A DNA stretch of 64,000 nucleotides from Planctomycetota bacterium (GTDB lineage Bacteria; Planctomycetota; B15-G4): the NCBI GenBank assembly GCA_965248575.1, contig CBDFJQ010000002.1, forward strand, positions 4,608,001 through 4,672,000, read 5' to 3'. Position 1 is the first letter of the stretch. The number at the start of each line of letters is the position of its first letter. The position numbers and the translations under genes are program-made. Under the pieces are notes generated by a model. That model made no database searches, was not told the DNA's origin, and was given only the letters and a program-made list of their open reading frames with translations. This document shows, piece by piece, positions 1-8,855 of the stretch.

Positions 1-498
1 TTCGTCCTAGCGACCAACTTGCGCGAAGAGTCCGAGGACTCTCTTGTCGTCGTGCTCTCAGAGGACGACGGAGTCACTCTCGACGCGGGTGACCAACCGT
101 GGTCGGTCGTGGGCGCTGATTTCAACGCCGACGGCATCGACGACGTCGCCGCGGTGAATCACGGGGCGAGCACATTCAGCTTGTTCCACGGGCACCCCGA
201 CGAAGACGAAGAGTTCGTCACGTTGCCGCAGCAGGAAATCGAGGACTCCCCCGCTGTCATGATCGGTGGGGACTTCGGGGTCGATGGCTGGCTTGCAATC
301 GGCTACCGGAGCGAGGGAGGTCTGATCGAACTCAAGGAGGGCGTCGAGCGACGCCGGATCTTTGGGCTGAATGAGCCAGGAGGCGAGATCCTCTCCATGG
401 CGGCTGGAGACCTGAACGGTGACGGAATCGACGATCTCGTGATCGGCATGGAAGGGGGCAGCTCGATCGTCGTCGTCCTGAGTCCCTACTACCCTTGA
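1..498 (+). CDS. FG-GAP/VCBS repeat protein, C-terminal part (5' truncated by the window edge)
   Basis: Frame is open from base 1; motifs ADFNADGIDDVAAVN and AGDLNGDGIDDLVIG. Confidence 0.8.
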   Translation, partial: FVLATNLREESEDSLVVVLSEDDGVTLDAGDQPWSVVGADFNADGIDDVAAVNHGASTFSLFHGHPDEDEEFVTLPQQEIEDSPAVMIGGDFGVDGWLAIGYRSEGGLIELKEGVERRRIFGLNEPGGEILSMAAGDLNGDGIDDLVIGMEGGSSIVVVLSPYYP

Positions 499-610
499 TG
501 ATGCGAGGCAGGAAGCGGCGCACGGTTTGAATTGCCGGACACAGCAACAGCGCCGGGGCCCCCTCTAGCGCTGGCCCACTTCCGGTCGCGGTGATCCTCC
601 GGCACGGGCC

Positions 611-1873
611 CTACGGCAGCGGCTCGAGCATGAAGGCGCGAATCTCTTGCTTCGCGAAGCCGATGCTCCGCTGGCCGAAGCCGACGATCGCGCCCGCGTC
701 GTTGATGTCTGTGGCTTGGACGAGCGTCCAGCCGTCGCCGCCTTCCTCGACCAGATCGTTGAGGTCGTAGAAGACTCCTTCGACACCGACCACCGCGCGG
801 ATTGCCCCACCAAAGTCGTCCGCGTAGCCCACGATCACCTCGCTCGAGTTGATTCCGAGCGGGACGGTGAACTGGTCCTCGTACGAAGGCAGCGCCGTCA
901 GACTCACTCCGTGCCAGAGGCAGACGGTGTTGCCCGTCAACACGCCGTAGGCCTGCCCCACGATCGTCCCCTGCGCATTCACGGCCGTCGCCGCCGACCA
1001 GAGAAACTGGTTGATGTCGGGCAGCTCGCTCATGCCCGTGGCGGTCCAGCTCACGGCGCGCGTCGGGTGGATTGGGGACAGTGCGCGAGTGCCCACGATG
1101 AGCCCGCTGTCGTTGATGTCGTTCGCGGTGCTTGAGGCGTCCGAGAGATACGTCAAGTCTCCGTTCGCCCAGTGGAACGCGGCCTTCTTGATACCCGGTG
1201 CATCCGGCTTGCCATCCGGGAACAGATTGGTGGGGAACCGCACCACGCCGACCACCTGGTCCGCGTTGTTCACGGCGTTGGCTTCCGTCACGCCAAAGGA
1301 GTCCCAGTCGTAGATCTCCTCAATGAGAACGCCCTTCCAGAAGTAGGCAGCCTCGTAGTACACCTGGTTCGTGTTGGGGTCCTGGAGGACGTATCGACCC
1401 ACGACCTTGCCGTCGTCGTTGATGTCTGCCGAGCTTGACCGGAAGGCCGACCAGTCAGTGGGATAGATCCAGCTGTACTGCCCGGCTTCCCACACACCTG
1501 CGCGCAGAATCCTGGGCGCCGAGAGAGCGGATGCGAGCGACTTCGCGAAGCCTGGAGAGAGCACGGACGTGGTGCCCTGTCCCGCCACTTGCCCGGACTC
1601 GTTGATCGCGTGCGCGTAGCTACGCTGGTCGGGCCGCTGAAATGCAGGGTGGTAGGGGTAGGGGTTGTTGTAGTCGCCGGGGCCTTCCCCGGACATCACG
1701 CGGTGGATGAACTCCTCCTTCTCCCACTGGTCCAGCGCGGCGTACTCCTGCGTGGGAGGGCCGACGTAGGTGAGCCGGTAGTGAGGCACACCTTCAGACC
1801 CAGGCGGAAGCGCAGCGCAGGACATGAAGGAGAGCAGGACGAGGGACTGGAGGACGGTTGTTGAACGATGCAT
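611..1873 (-). CDS. Secreted/lipoprotein HAF-type extracellular repeat beta-propeller protein
   Basis: Seven [AD]IN[DE]xGx[IV]VG-type repeats; ATG at 1873 preceded by GGAGAAGAG; hydrophobic N-terminus ending in LSFMSC. Confidence 0.8.
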   Translation of the reverse strand: MHRSTTVLQSLVLLSFMSCAALPPGSEGVPHYRLTYVGPPTQEYAALDQWEKEEFIHRVMSGEGPGDYNNPYPYHPAFQRPDQRSYAHAINESGQVAGQGTTSVLSPGFAKSLASALSAPRILRAGVWEAGQYSWIYPTDWSAFRSSSADINDDGKVVGRYVLQDPNTNQVYYEAAYFWKGVLIEEIYDWDSFGVTEANAVNNADQVVGVVRFPTNLFPDGKPDAPGIKKAAFHWANGDLTYLSDASSTANDINDSGLIVGTRALSPIHPTRAVSWTATGMSELPDINQFLWSAATAVNAQGTIVGQAYGVLTGNTVCLWHGVSLTALPSYEDQFTVPLGINSSEVIVGYADDFGGAIRAVVGVEGVFYDLNDLVEEGGDGWTLVQATDINDAGAIVGFGQRSIGFAKQEIRAFMLEPLP

Positions 1874-2004
1874 GGACTCTTCTCCCGGATGCTGTGCCCG
1901 TGACACCTCGACGGGGGGCTGACGCCCCCGGAGGCCGTGCCAGCCGACCGTAGCTCAGGACGGCGAGTTCGCCGATACGTAGTGATGCGTAGGATCCCTT
2001 CGCC

Positions 2005-2024
2005 GGATACGCCACTCTGTATCC
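2005..2024. promoter_or_regulatory. Inverted repeat GGATAC-N8-GTATCC in the divergent promoter region
   Basis: Perfect 6-bp arms ending 2 nt before the kinase GTG start. Confidence 0.3.
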
Positions 2025-2025
2025 C

Positions 2026-3765
2026 GTGAGCGGACATGGCCACCAGGAACGTATCGAGCAGTTGCTCGCCGAGTTCGCCGAACGGCGCGAGGACGGTGAA
2101 GCGCTCGACGCCGAGCGTTTCGCTGCCGAGCATCCGGACCTGGGTGATCGGCTTCCCGCTGCCCTCGCCGCGCTTGAGAGTACGGAGGCGCTGTTCCCTG
2201 GCCCGGACCAGCCGACGCGCGTCGGCCCCTATCGCGTGCTCGACGAGCTGGGTCGCGGGGGCATGGGCCGCATCTTTCGCGCAGAGCACGAGGATCGACC
2301 CGGCGAGTTCGTTGCGCTCAAGGTCCTGCACGTGGGCCTCGATGGGCAGCCGCGCGCGCTCGAACGCTTCAGGCGCGAGGGCGAGGCCCTGAGTCGGCTG
2401 CGGCACCCGGGCATCGTGGCTGTCCACGAGGTAGGGCTTGCCGGCACGCGACCATTCCTGGCCATGGAGATCGTCGATGGCTCGTCGCTCGCGGCACGAC
2501 TCCGTGCGGGTTCCTGGCCGAAGGCTGACGATGGCCGGCGCGCTGCGATCAGATTGACGGCCTTCTGCGCGCGCGCGCTCGCCGCGGCACACGAGCAGGG
2601 GATCTGCCACCGCGACATGAACCCGCGCAATATCCTCGTGCGCGCGTCGGATGGAGAGCCAGTGATCGTCGACTTCGGCCTCGCCCGCTCCGAGGATTCC
2701 CCGACGCTCACCGCCACGGGCGACATGCTGGGCACACCGTCGTCCATGTCGCCCGAGCAGGCACGCGGCGAACGCGTCGACGCGCGCAGCGATGTGTGGA
2801 GCCTCGGCTCCGTGCTGCATGAGCTGGTCACGGGCCAAGCGGCGCGCTCGGGACATGACACGCTGGCGCTGATCCGCGAAGCAGGGACTCGGCCCGTCCC
2901 GCGCGCGCGGCGCGTGTGCCCCGATGTTCCTGCGGACTTGGAGCTGGTCCTAGGGCGCGCGATGGCGCACCGGCCCGCATGGCGCTACCCCGACGCCGCT
3001 TCCTTCGCGGACGACCTTGAGCGCCTGCTACGTCACGAGAAGCCCCTCGCCCGCGGCCCCTCGGCGGCGGAGCGGGTCCACCGGCTCTGGAGCGGGCATC
3101 GGCTGCTCATGTCAGTCGCGGGTGCGCTCGTTCTCGCGTGCCTCGTGGGCTACGCCGCGAGCCGCGTTGAGCCGCCGGGCGAGGCGGCCCGACGTGCGGC
3201 GCAGGCCATGGATCAGGCCGTCAGCGCGTGGATCGATGGAGACCTCGACGCGATGGACGCGCCGCTCGACGCGCTCGAGGCCACGGCGCCCGATCACCGA
3301 TTTCTCTCCTACCTGCGCAATCTGAAGCAGGGGGGCTTGCCTGACGCGTCGGACGACCCCGCCGTCCGCGCACTCGTGGAAGGTGAGCGCCTGCGCCTCG
3401 CGGGCCAAACCGAACAGGCGTTGCGTCAGTTCGACATCGCGTGGAATCTCGCGCCCAACACTCCGCTGATCATGCTTTCGATGGCGCTCGGCGCGCGTGA
3501 AGCCGGGCGGACGCAAGACGCGCAACGGGCCTTCGAGCTGGTGGCGTTCCACTACGGCGGCGCGGTGGAGATCCACCGGTCGCTGGCAGAGCTGTACCTG
3601 GTGAATGAGTTGCCGCTGGACGCGGTCAAGGCGAGTGACGCAGCTCTCGCCCTCGCGCCGGAGCGGGCCGACTTGTGGAAGATCGCTGCCCGCGCGCGGT
3701 TGGCGACGGGCGATGCGGCGGGCTCCCGGGAGGCCGAGGCCCAGGCCACACGATTCGACGGATGA
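2026..3765 (+). CDS. Hanks-type Ser/Thr protein kinase with TM helix and C-terminal TPR-like region
   Basis: LGRGGMG, VALK, HRDMNPRN, DFGLAR, GTPSSMSPEQ and DVWSLG motifs; TM segment LLMSVAGALVLACLVGYAA; Ala-rich TPR-like helices. Confidence 0.93.
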   Translation: MSGHGHQERIEQLLAEFAERREDGEALDAERFAAEHPDLGDRLPAALAALESTEALFPGPDQPTRVGPYRVLDELGRGGMGRIFRAEHEDRPGEFVALKVLHVGLDGQPRALERFRREGEALSRLRHPGIVAVHEVGLAGTRPFLAMEIVDGSSLAARLRAGSWPKADDGRRAAIRLTAFCARALAAAHEQGICHRDMNPRNILVRASDGEPVIVDFGLARSEDSPTLTATGDMLGTPSSMSPEQARGERVDARSDVWSLGSVLHELVTGQAARSGHDTLALIREAGTRPVPRARRVCPDVPADLELVLGRAMAHRPAWRYPDAASFADDLERLLRHEKPLARGPSAAERVHRLWSGHRLLMSVAGALVLACLVGYAASRVEPPGEAARRAAQAMDQAVSAWIDGDLDAMDAPLDALEATAPDHRFLSYLRNLKQGGLPDASDDPAVRALVEGERLRLAGQTEQALRQFDIAWNLAPNTPLIMLSMALGAREAGRTQDAQRAFELVAFHYGGAVEIHRSLAELYLVNELPLDAVKASDAALALAPERADLWKIAARARLATGDAAGSREAEAQATRFDG

Positions 3766-3838
3766 CAAGCGCGTCGAATCCCGATCGCGGCGACGAGTCC
3801 ATGACCGAGAACCGCACCGGCCCCGTTACGATGGCGCC

Positions 3839-4447
3839 ATGACCACCTTTCCCCAGGGCCCCGACGAGAGCGTGTCCCTGGACCTGGTGACGCGGATCCG
3901 CGGGGGAGACCAAGCTGCCTTCGACGAGCTCTACCGTCGCTACCACGACCAGCTCCTGTTCGTGGTGCGCGTGCGGCTGGGCCCCGGCCTGCGACGCTGG
4001 CTGCAGAGCGAGGACATCTTCCAGAGCGTCGCGCGGGACGCGCTCACCGCTCTGGGTCGCTTCGAGTACCGCGGGCCGGGGAGTCTCGATCGTTACCTGG
4101 AGACCATGGTGCTCAACAAGATTCGTGATCGCTCGGATACCTTCGGCTCGCAGAAACGGGCCGGTGCCGTGCCGCTCACGGAGGCGCACCTCGCCGAACT
4201 CACCGATGGCGATGACAAGCTGCCCGGCTACCTCGACGACGAGCGCTTCGGTCGCCTCGAGCGCTGCCTGCAGGTTCTGCCCGAGGAGATGCGCGAGATC
4301 TTGCTGCTCCGCAAGGTCGACGGGTTGTCCAGCCGCGAGGTCGCCGAGCAAACCGGCCGCTCCGACGCCGCCGTCCGCAAGGCCTACTCGAGAGCGCTCG
4401 CGCGGCTGACCGCGCTCATGACCGCCGACCCGCCTGAGCAGGGCTAG
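3839..4447 (+). CDS. ECF sigma factor (sigma70 group IV), kinase-associated type
   Basis: GDQAAFDELYRRY, SEDIFQSV and region 4 LPEEMREILLLRKVDGLSSREVAEQTGRSDAAVRKAYSRA; ATG at 3839. Confidence 0.92.
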   Translation: MTTFPQGPDESVSLDLVTRIRGGDQAAFDELYRRYHDQLLFVVRVRLGPGLRRWLQSEDIFQSVARDALTALGRFEYRGPGSLDRYLETMVLNKIRDRSDTFGSQKRAGAVPLTEAHLAELTDGDDKLPGYLDDERFGRLERCLQVLPEEMREILLLRKVDGLSSREVAEQTGRSDAAVRKAYSRALARLTALMTADPPEQG

Positions 4448-4586
4448 GCACACGGGGCCCCAGGAACGCCGGGTTAGGCAGGCTGCGCCGAGGTTCGAGA
4501 AAAACCGGTCACATTCCAGACCGGCGATCCGCTCCTGTAGGTGGCCCGGTCTGCACTGGGCGGCAGACCTTCCGGAGATCCTCACC

Positions 4587-6347
4587 ATGCGTCGCTTCCT
4601 GACGACTTCCCTCGCCACACTAGCCCTTTGCGGAGCCGCCGTCTCCCAAACCACCGATCGGGCAAGCCTCGGCCTCGGTGGCGAAGAGGGCACGAACATC
4701 AGCTATGAACCCGCCATCACGGCCGACGGCCGCTTCGTGGTCTTCGAGACGAGCGCCACCAACCTGATCCCCGGCGACTCGAACTTCAATCGCGACATCC
4801 TGGTGCGCGATCTCTCGCTGGGCACCACGGCCGTCATCAGCCTGAACAGTGCGGGCGAGCAGTCGAGCCTCGGCTCCGGCAACCACGAGCCGGACATCTC
4901 GGGCGACGGCCGCTACGTGGTCTTCAAGTCGTGGGCGACGAACTTCGGCCCACCGGCGGACCCGGCCACGGTGAGCGACATCTTCCTGCGCGACCGAGAT
5001 CCGGACGCCGACGGCATCTACGACGAGGCCAACAGCACCACAACCCAGATCAGTCTCGACTCGGGAGGGGCCCAGCCCAATGCTGGGAGTTACACGCCCA
5101 AGATCAGCGGCAGCGGCACGATCGTTGCCTTTGGCAGCGGCGCCGGCGATCTGGTGGCCGCCGGCTCGGCGGGCGCGAGCGTCTTCGTCCGCGACCTGGC
5201 GACGGGCATCAACACGCTGGCCTCCAAGAACACGCTCGGGTTGCCGGTCAGCGGCATCCTTCAGGACATCTCCCGCGACGGCCGCCACGTCCTGTATTGG
5301 AGCAACAGCGCGGACATCGTGCCAGGTGACACGAACGGCTTGTCGGACATCTTCGTCTACGACCGCAGTGCCGACACGACGGCTCGCGTGAGCGTGGCCA
5401 ACGACGAGAGCGAGGCCGACAACTGGAGCAATCTGTCCACGATCTCGAGCGATGGCCGCTTCGTGGCCTTCTACTCGAAGGCCGCACTGGTGCCCGGCGA
5501 CACGGACGTCTTCGGCGACATCTACCTGCGCGACCGCGACCCCGACGAGAACGGCCTCTTCGACGAATCCAATGCGACGACAACGCTCATCAATGTGAAC
5601 ACCCTCGGTGTCAAGAACATGGGCCCCACGGGAGCCACCTATGCGCCTTTCGTGACCGACGATGGGCGCTACGTGGCCTGGTCCGGTGGTGACAGCTCGG
5701 GCACGTGCTGCGACCTGGTCATGGAGGACGTCAACGGCGTCTTCGACGTGTTCTTGCGCGACACTCAAACGGGCATCACCACGCGCATGAGCCTCGACGA
5801 CGACGGTGTCGAGGGCAACGTCAAGGCCTGGGGGCCGTCGCTATCCGAGGATGGTGGTTGGGTGGCCTTCTCCACCTGGTCGGCCCTGGACGACGACGAC
5901 ACGAACACCCACGAGGACATCTACGTCCGCGATCGCAGCACCTGGACCGACGTGGGCTACAACATGACCGGCACGACGATCTTCAACCCGTCGCCGTTCA
6001 AGAAGTGCGTGCCCGTGCTCACCGGCACCGGTGCTCTCAGCGATGGATCCGCCGGCACCGTCTCCCTACACAAGGCGCTGCCCGGCTCGCTCTCCTACGT
6101 CATCATCGGGTTCTCGACGCTTTCGATCCCCTTCGAGGGCGGCAAGCTCGTGCCCGCGGTCGACCTGATCCTGCCCCCGCTCTTGGCCAGCAGCCCGGCC
6201 GCCGGCTTCGGCGACTGGACCGTGCCCTTCACCTGGCCCAGCGGCATCGCTCCAGGCTTCGAGTTCTGGATCCAGGCCTGGACCGTCGACCCCGCCGGCC
6301 TCTCGGGCTACGTCTCCTCGAACGGCTTGCGCGGCGTCACGCCGTAG
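4587..6347 (+). CDS. Secreted TolB/PD40-like beta-propeller protein with conserved C-terminal domain
   Basis: Signal peptide; repeats of PxISxDGRxVxFxSxAxNLxPGDxNxxxDIFVRD; C-terminus WPSGIAPG..QAW..D..SNGLRGVTP. Confidence 0.88.
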   Translation: MRRFLTTSLATLALCGAAVSQTTDRASLGLGGEEGTNISYEPAITADGRFVVFETSATNLIPGDSNFNRDILVRDLSLGTTAVISLNSAGEQSSLGSGNHEPDISGDGRYVVFKSWATNFGPPADPATVSDIFLRDRDPDADGIYDEANSTTTQISLDSGGAQPNAGSYTPKISGSGTIVAFGSGAGDLVAAGSAGASVFVRDLATGINTLASKNTLGLPVSGILQDISRDGRHVLYWSNSADIVPGDTNGLSDIFVYDRSADTTARVSVANDESEADNWSNLSTISSDGRFVAFYSKAALVPGDTDVFGDIYLRDRDPDENGLFDESNATTTLINVNTLGVKNMGPTGATYAPFVTDDGRYVAWSGGDSSGTCCDLVMEDVNGVFDVFLRDTQTGITTRMSLDDDGVEGNVKAWGPSLSEDGGWVAFSTWSALDDDDTNTHEDIYVRDRSTWTDVGYNMTGTTIFNPSPFKKCVPVLTGTGALSDGSAGTVSLHKALPGSLSYVIIGFSTLSIPFEGGKLVPAVDLILPPLLASSPAAGFGDWTVPFTWPSGIAPGFEFWIQAWTVDPAGLSGYVSSNGLRGVTP

Positions 6348-6381
6348 GGCGGAGGGCGGAGGGTTTCGTACGGCCGCTTGG

Positions 6382-6909
6382 TCACGCCGGCAGGAACGTC
6401 CCGCTCTCGCGGTCCTTGTGAGCGCCCGGGAACGCCAGCAAGCGGTTGTGCATCGCGACGTAGACCCCGGGGGCTGCGAGCTGGACGGCGAGCAATGCTT
6501 CGGTGAGGTTCTGCAGCGCGTCGGTAGCACGCAAGGCGTACGGGCGGATGGCTCCGGTGAGAATGATCGGAACCCGCGGGCTTGGGTCGAGCTCGGAGAT
6601 GCGTTCCCCGGTCACCGCCAGGCGATCGGTGCCGTGGCTGATGATCACGCCGTCGTAGGCGCGGGCCCGGGCGTGCGCCTCCCTGGCGATGAGGTCGTGA
6701 TCCTCCGGCCTCATGTCGAGGCTGTCCTTGTTCATGAGCGGGACCTGGTCGACCGCGACCCCACCGAGCTGGAGCTTGCTCAGCATGACCTCGAGCACAC
6801 TGACGCGGTTCGACAGGATCCCTTCGAGCTCGTCGTAGGTCTTCTCGATGGTCCCCCCCGTACGGATGAGGGCGACTTGCAGGCGGGACGGATCGGAAGG
6901 TTGGCGCAT
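6382..6909 (-). CDS. Short asparaginase-domain protein (N-terminal asparaginase/glutaminase domain only)
   Basis: TGGTIEK, KDSLDM, HGTD and ILTGAIRP motifs; start at ATG 6909. Confidence 0.88.
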   Translation of the reverse strand: MRQPSDPSRLQVALIRTGGTIEKTYDELEGILSNRVSVLEVMLSKLQLGGVAVDQVPLMNKDSLDMRPEDHDLIAREAHARARAYDGVIISHGTDRLAVTGERISELDPSPRVPIILTGAIRPYALRATDALQNLTEALLAVQLAAPGVYVAMHNRLLAFPGAHKDRESGTFLPA

Positions 6910-7036
6910 CCGAGGATGGTAGCCGGGACGGGAGCCGGGCGTCGCAACTCTTGGGCTGATCTGCTCGGGAAAGCCGGCTTGGGCGAGGTGTCCCCCGACC
7001 CTGCCGGCGATCCCGAGCGGCGCGCGTGCTGTCCTG

Positions 7037-8743
7037 TTACTGATCGATCTCTGGCGCTGTGCCCGCTCCGCCTTCGGTGAACTTCGTGCCCGTGTCGTCG
7101 GCCATGTTGCCGTTGCCCGCGTAGTCGATGCGGGAGCCATGGAAGGTGCACTTCAGGGCTTCTGTGTTGGTTCCGCCGTTGTCGAGACCCTCGGCCGCGC
7201 ACATCGTGGCCTTGCAATCCATCAGCGTGTTCACATCCCCGTTGATGTCGAAGCCGTCCTCATCACTCGCCGTGGCCGAACAGCGCATGAGCAGGTTGTT
7301 GTCGCCGCTGATATAGAAGGCGTCTCGCCAGGTATTGACCACCGTGTTGCCGTCGAACGTGTTGGCGTTGCCGCTCGAGTAGATGCCACGTCCTGCGACA
7401 TCGCTGACCTTGTTGTCCTTGACCAAGACGCCATTGCCGCTTTGGTAGATGGCATCCCCACCCAGCGAGCTGATGGAGTTTCCTCGAATGACGGCCGCTC
7501 CAGGTGTGGTGGCGTTGCCTGACGCGTAGATACCGGTGCAGGAGTACGCACCGTCCGAAATCGAGTTCTTCTCGATCAGGAAGTCGTCTCCAGAGATGTA
7601 GATCTCTGCGTCGTACATCACGTACGCGACCCGGTTGCGCGTCACCATGCAACGGTCACCGCTGACGTAGATCGCGTAGGTGTATTCATCATTCAGGTGG
7701 CTGATCCGGTTCCTGTCGATGGTGGCGTCGTGACCGCTAATAGAGACGCCGTACGTCTCGTCACCGCCGCCAGCCATGTCGCTGATCGTGTTCTTTGTCA
7801 CGCTCGCGTCCTCGCCGTTCACTTGGACAGCCACTGTGTCGTAGTCCTCTCCCGCTCCGCACATGCGGATCGTATTCTTGGTGACGACGGCTGAGTTCCC
7901 TTCCACGTAGACAACGTAGATGTCGTCGTCGTAGTTGTTCAAGTTCTCGAACGAGTTCTTCATCACGATTGCGCCTTCGCCACTGATGTAGACGCCGCCT
8001 TGGACATTGTAGTTGACGTTCATCTGGCTGTTGCCTAACACCAGCGCGTCGTGGCAGGATCGAAGTTCGATGATGTATTCGCCGCAGTAGAGGTTCTTGA
8101 ACGTGTTCTTCAGGACCTTGGCGCCGGCGGCGTTCTCGACGAGGATGTAGCACGAGTCGCCGCCCATCGTGTCGACGGTGTTGTTGGAGACGAGCGCGGT
8201 GCCGGCCCCTTCGGCGTCGACCTGGATGATGCCTGCGTAGCCGCGCAGCATGGTGTTCTTCTCGACCTTCGCGTTCGGTCCATCGATATCGATCGAGAAG
8301 CTGCCGGAGCCCTGACCTCTGAAGACGTTCATGGTCACGGCGGCATCCATCCCGTCGATGAAGACTCCGTCGTCACAAGCGCGGAAAAGACACTTGCTGA
8401 CAGACGCATCGTTACCGGTGATCGAAACGGGCGTGCCGCCCTGCTCGAAGGCAAACCCGCTGACCGTGACACCGTCGGCTGTGACGGTCAGTTGATTGTT
8501 GTGCGTGTCATTGAAGAAACCGTCCCAAATGGCCCCTGACTTGCCCTTGAACGTGAGGCGCTTGGCTGTGACGACGCTCTCCGCGTAGCGACCCTTGGAA
8601 ACGACAATCGTGTCTCCGTCCACAGCAGCATCAACGGCGTCATTGATGGTGCCGAAGTCTTGAGGAACCTTGTGAGTCCCGGCCCAGACAAGGCCCGCCG
8701 GAAGAGCAAGGAAAACGATCGTTGCAAGCAGGATGTGACGCAT
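7037..8743 (-). CDS. Secreted right-handed parallel beta-helix repeat protein
   Basis: Signal peptide; VPQDFGTINDAVDAAVDGDTIVV start motif; many GIYxSGxxxxVxxNxI repeats. Confidence 0.85.
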   Translation of the reverse strand: MRHILLATIVFLALPAGLVWAGTHKVPQDFGTINDAVDAAVDGDTIVVSKGRYAESVVTAKRLTFKGKSGAIWDGFFNDTHNNQLTVTADGVTVSGFAFEQGGTPVSITGNDASVSKCLFRACDDGVFIDGMDAAVTMNVFRGQGSGSFSIDIDGPNAKVEKNTMLRGYAGIIQVDAEGAGTALVSNNTVDTMGGDSCYILVENAAGAKVLKNTFKNLYCGEYIIELRSCHDALVLGNSQMNVNYNVQGGVYISGEGAIVMKNSFENLNNYDDDIYVVYVEGNSAVVTKNTIRMCGAGEDYDTVAVQVNGEDASVTKNTISDMAGGGDETYGVSISGHDATIDRNRISHLNDEYTYAIYVSGDRCMVTRNRVAYVMYDAEIYISGDDFLIEKNSISDGAYSCTGIYASGNATTPGAAVIRGNSISSLGGDAIYQSGNGVLVKDNKVSDVAGRGIYSSGNANTFDGNTVVNTWRDAFYISGDNNLLMRCSATASDEDGFDINGDVNTLMDCKATMCAAEGLDNGGTNTEALKCTFHGSRIDYAGNGNMADDTGTKFTEGGAGTAPEIDQ

Positions 8744-8855
8744 TGCACTGGTTCCTTCTATGGTTTGGCGGAGGGGGACGCCACCGGCCCAACCCGGCGA
8801 CGAACGAGCTGAGTGTAACGCGCTGCGGCCTCCGTTTGCAGGAGCGACGAAGACC

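Noticed and set aside
4977..5585. Two similar ~70-nt segments (DIxLRDRDPDxxGxxDExNxTT) as a DGR template/variable pair
   Set aside because: Both are in-frame blades of one protein, differences are not adenine-specific, and no reverse transcriptase is present
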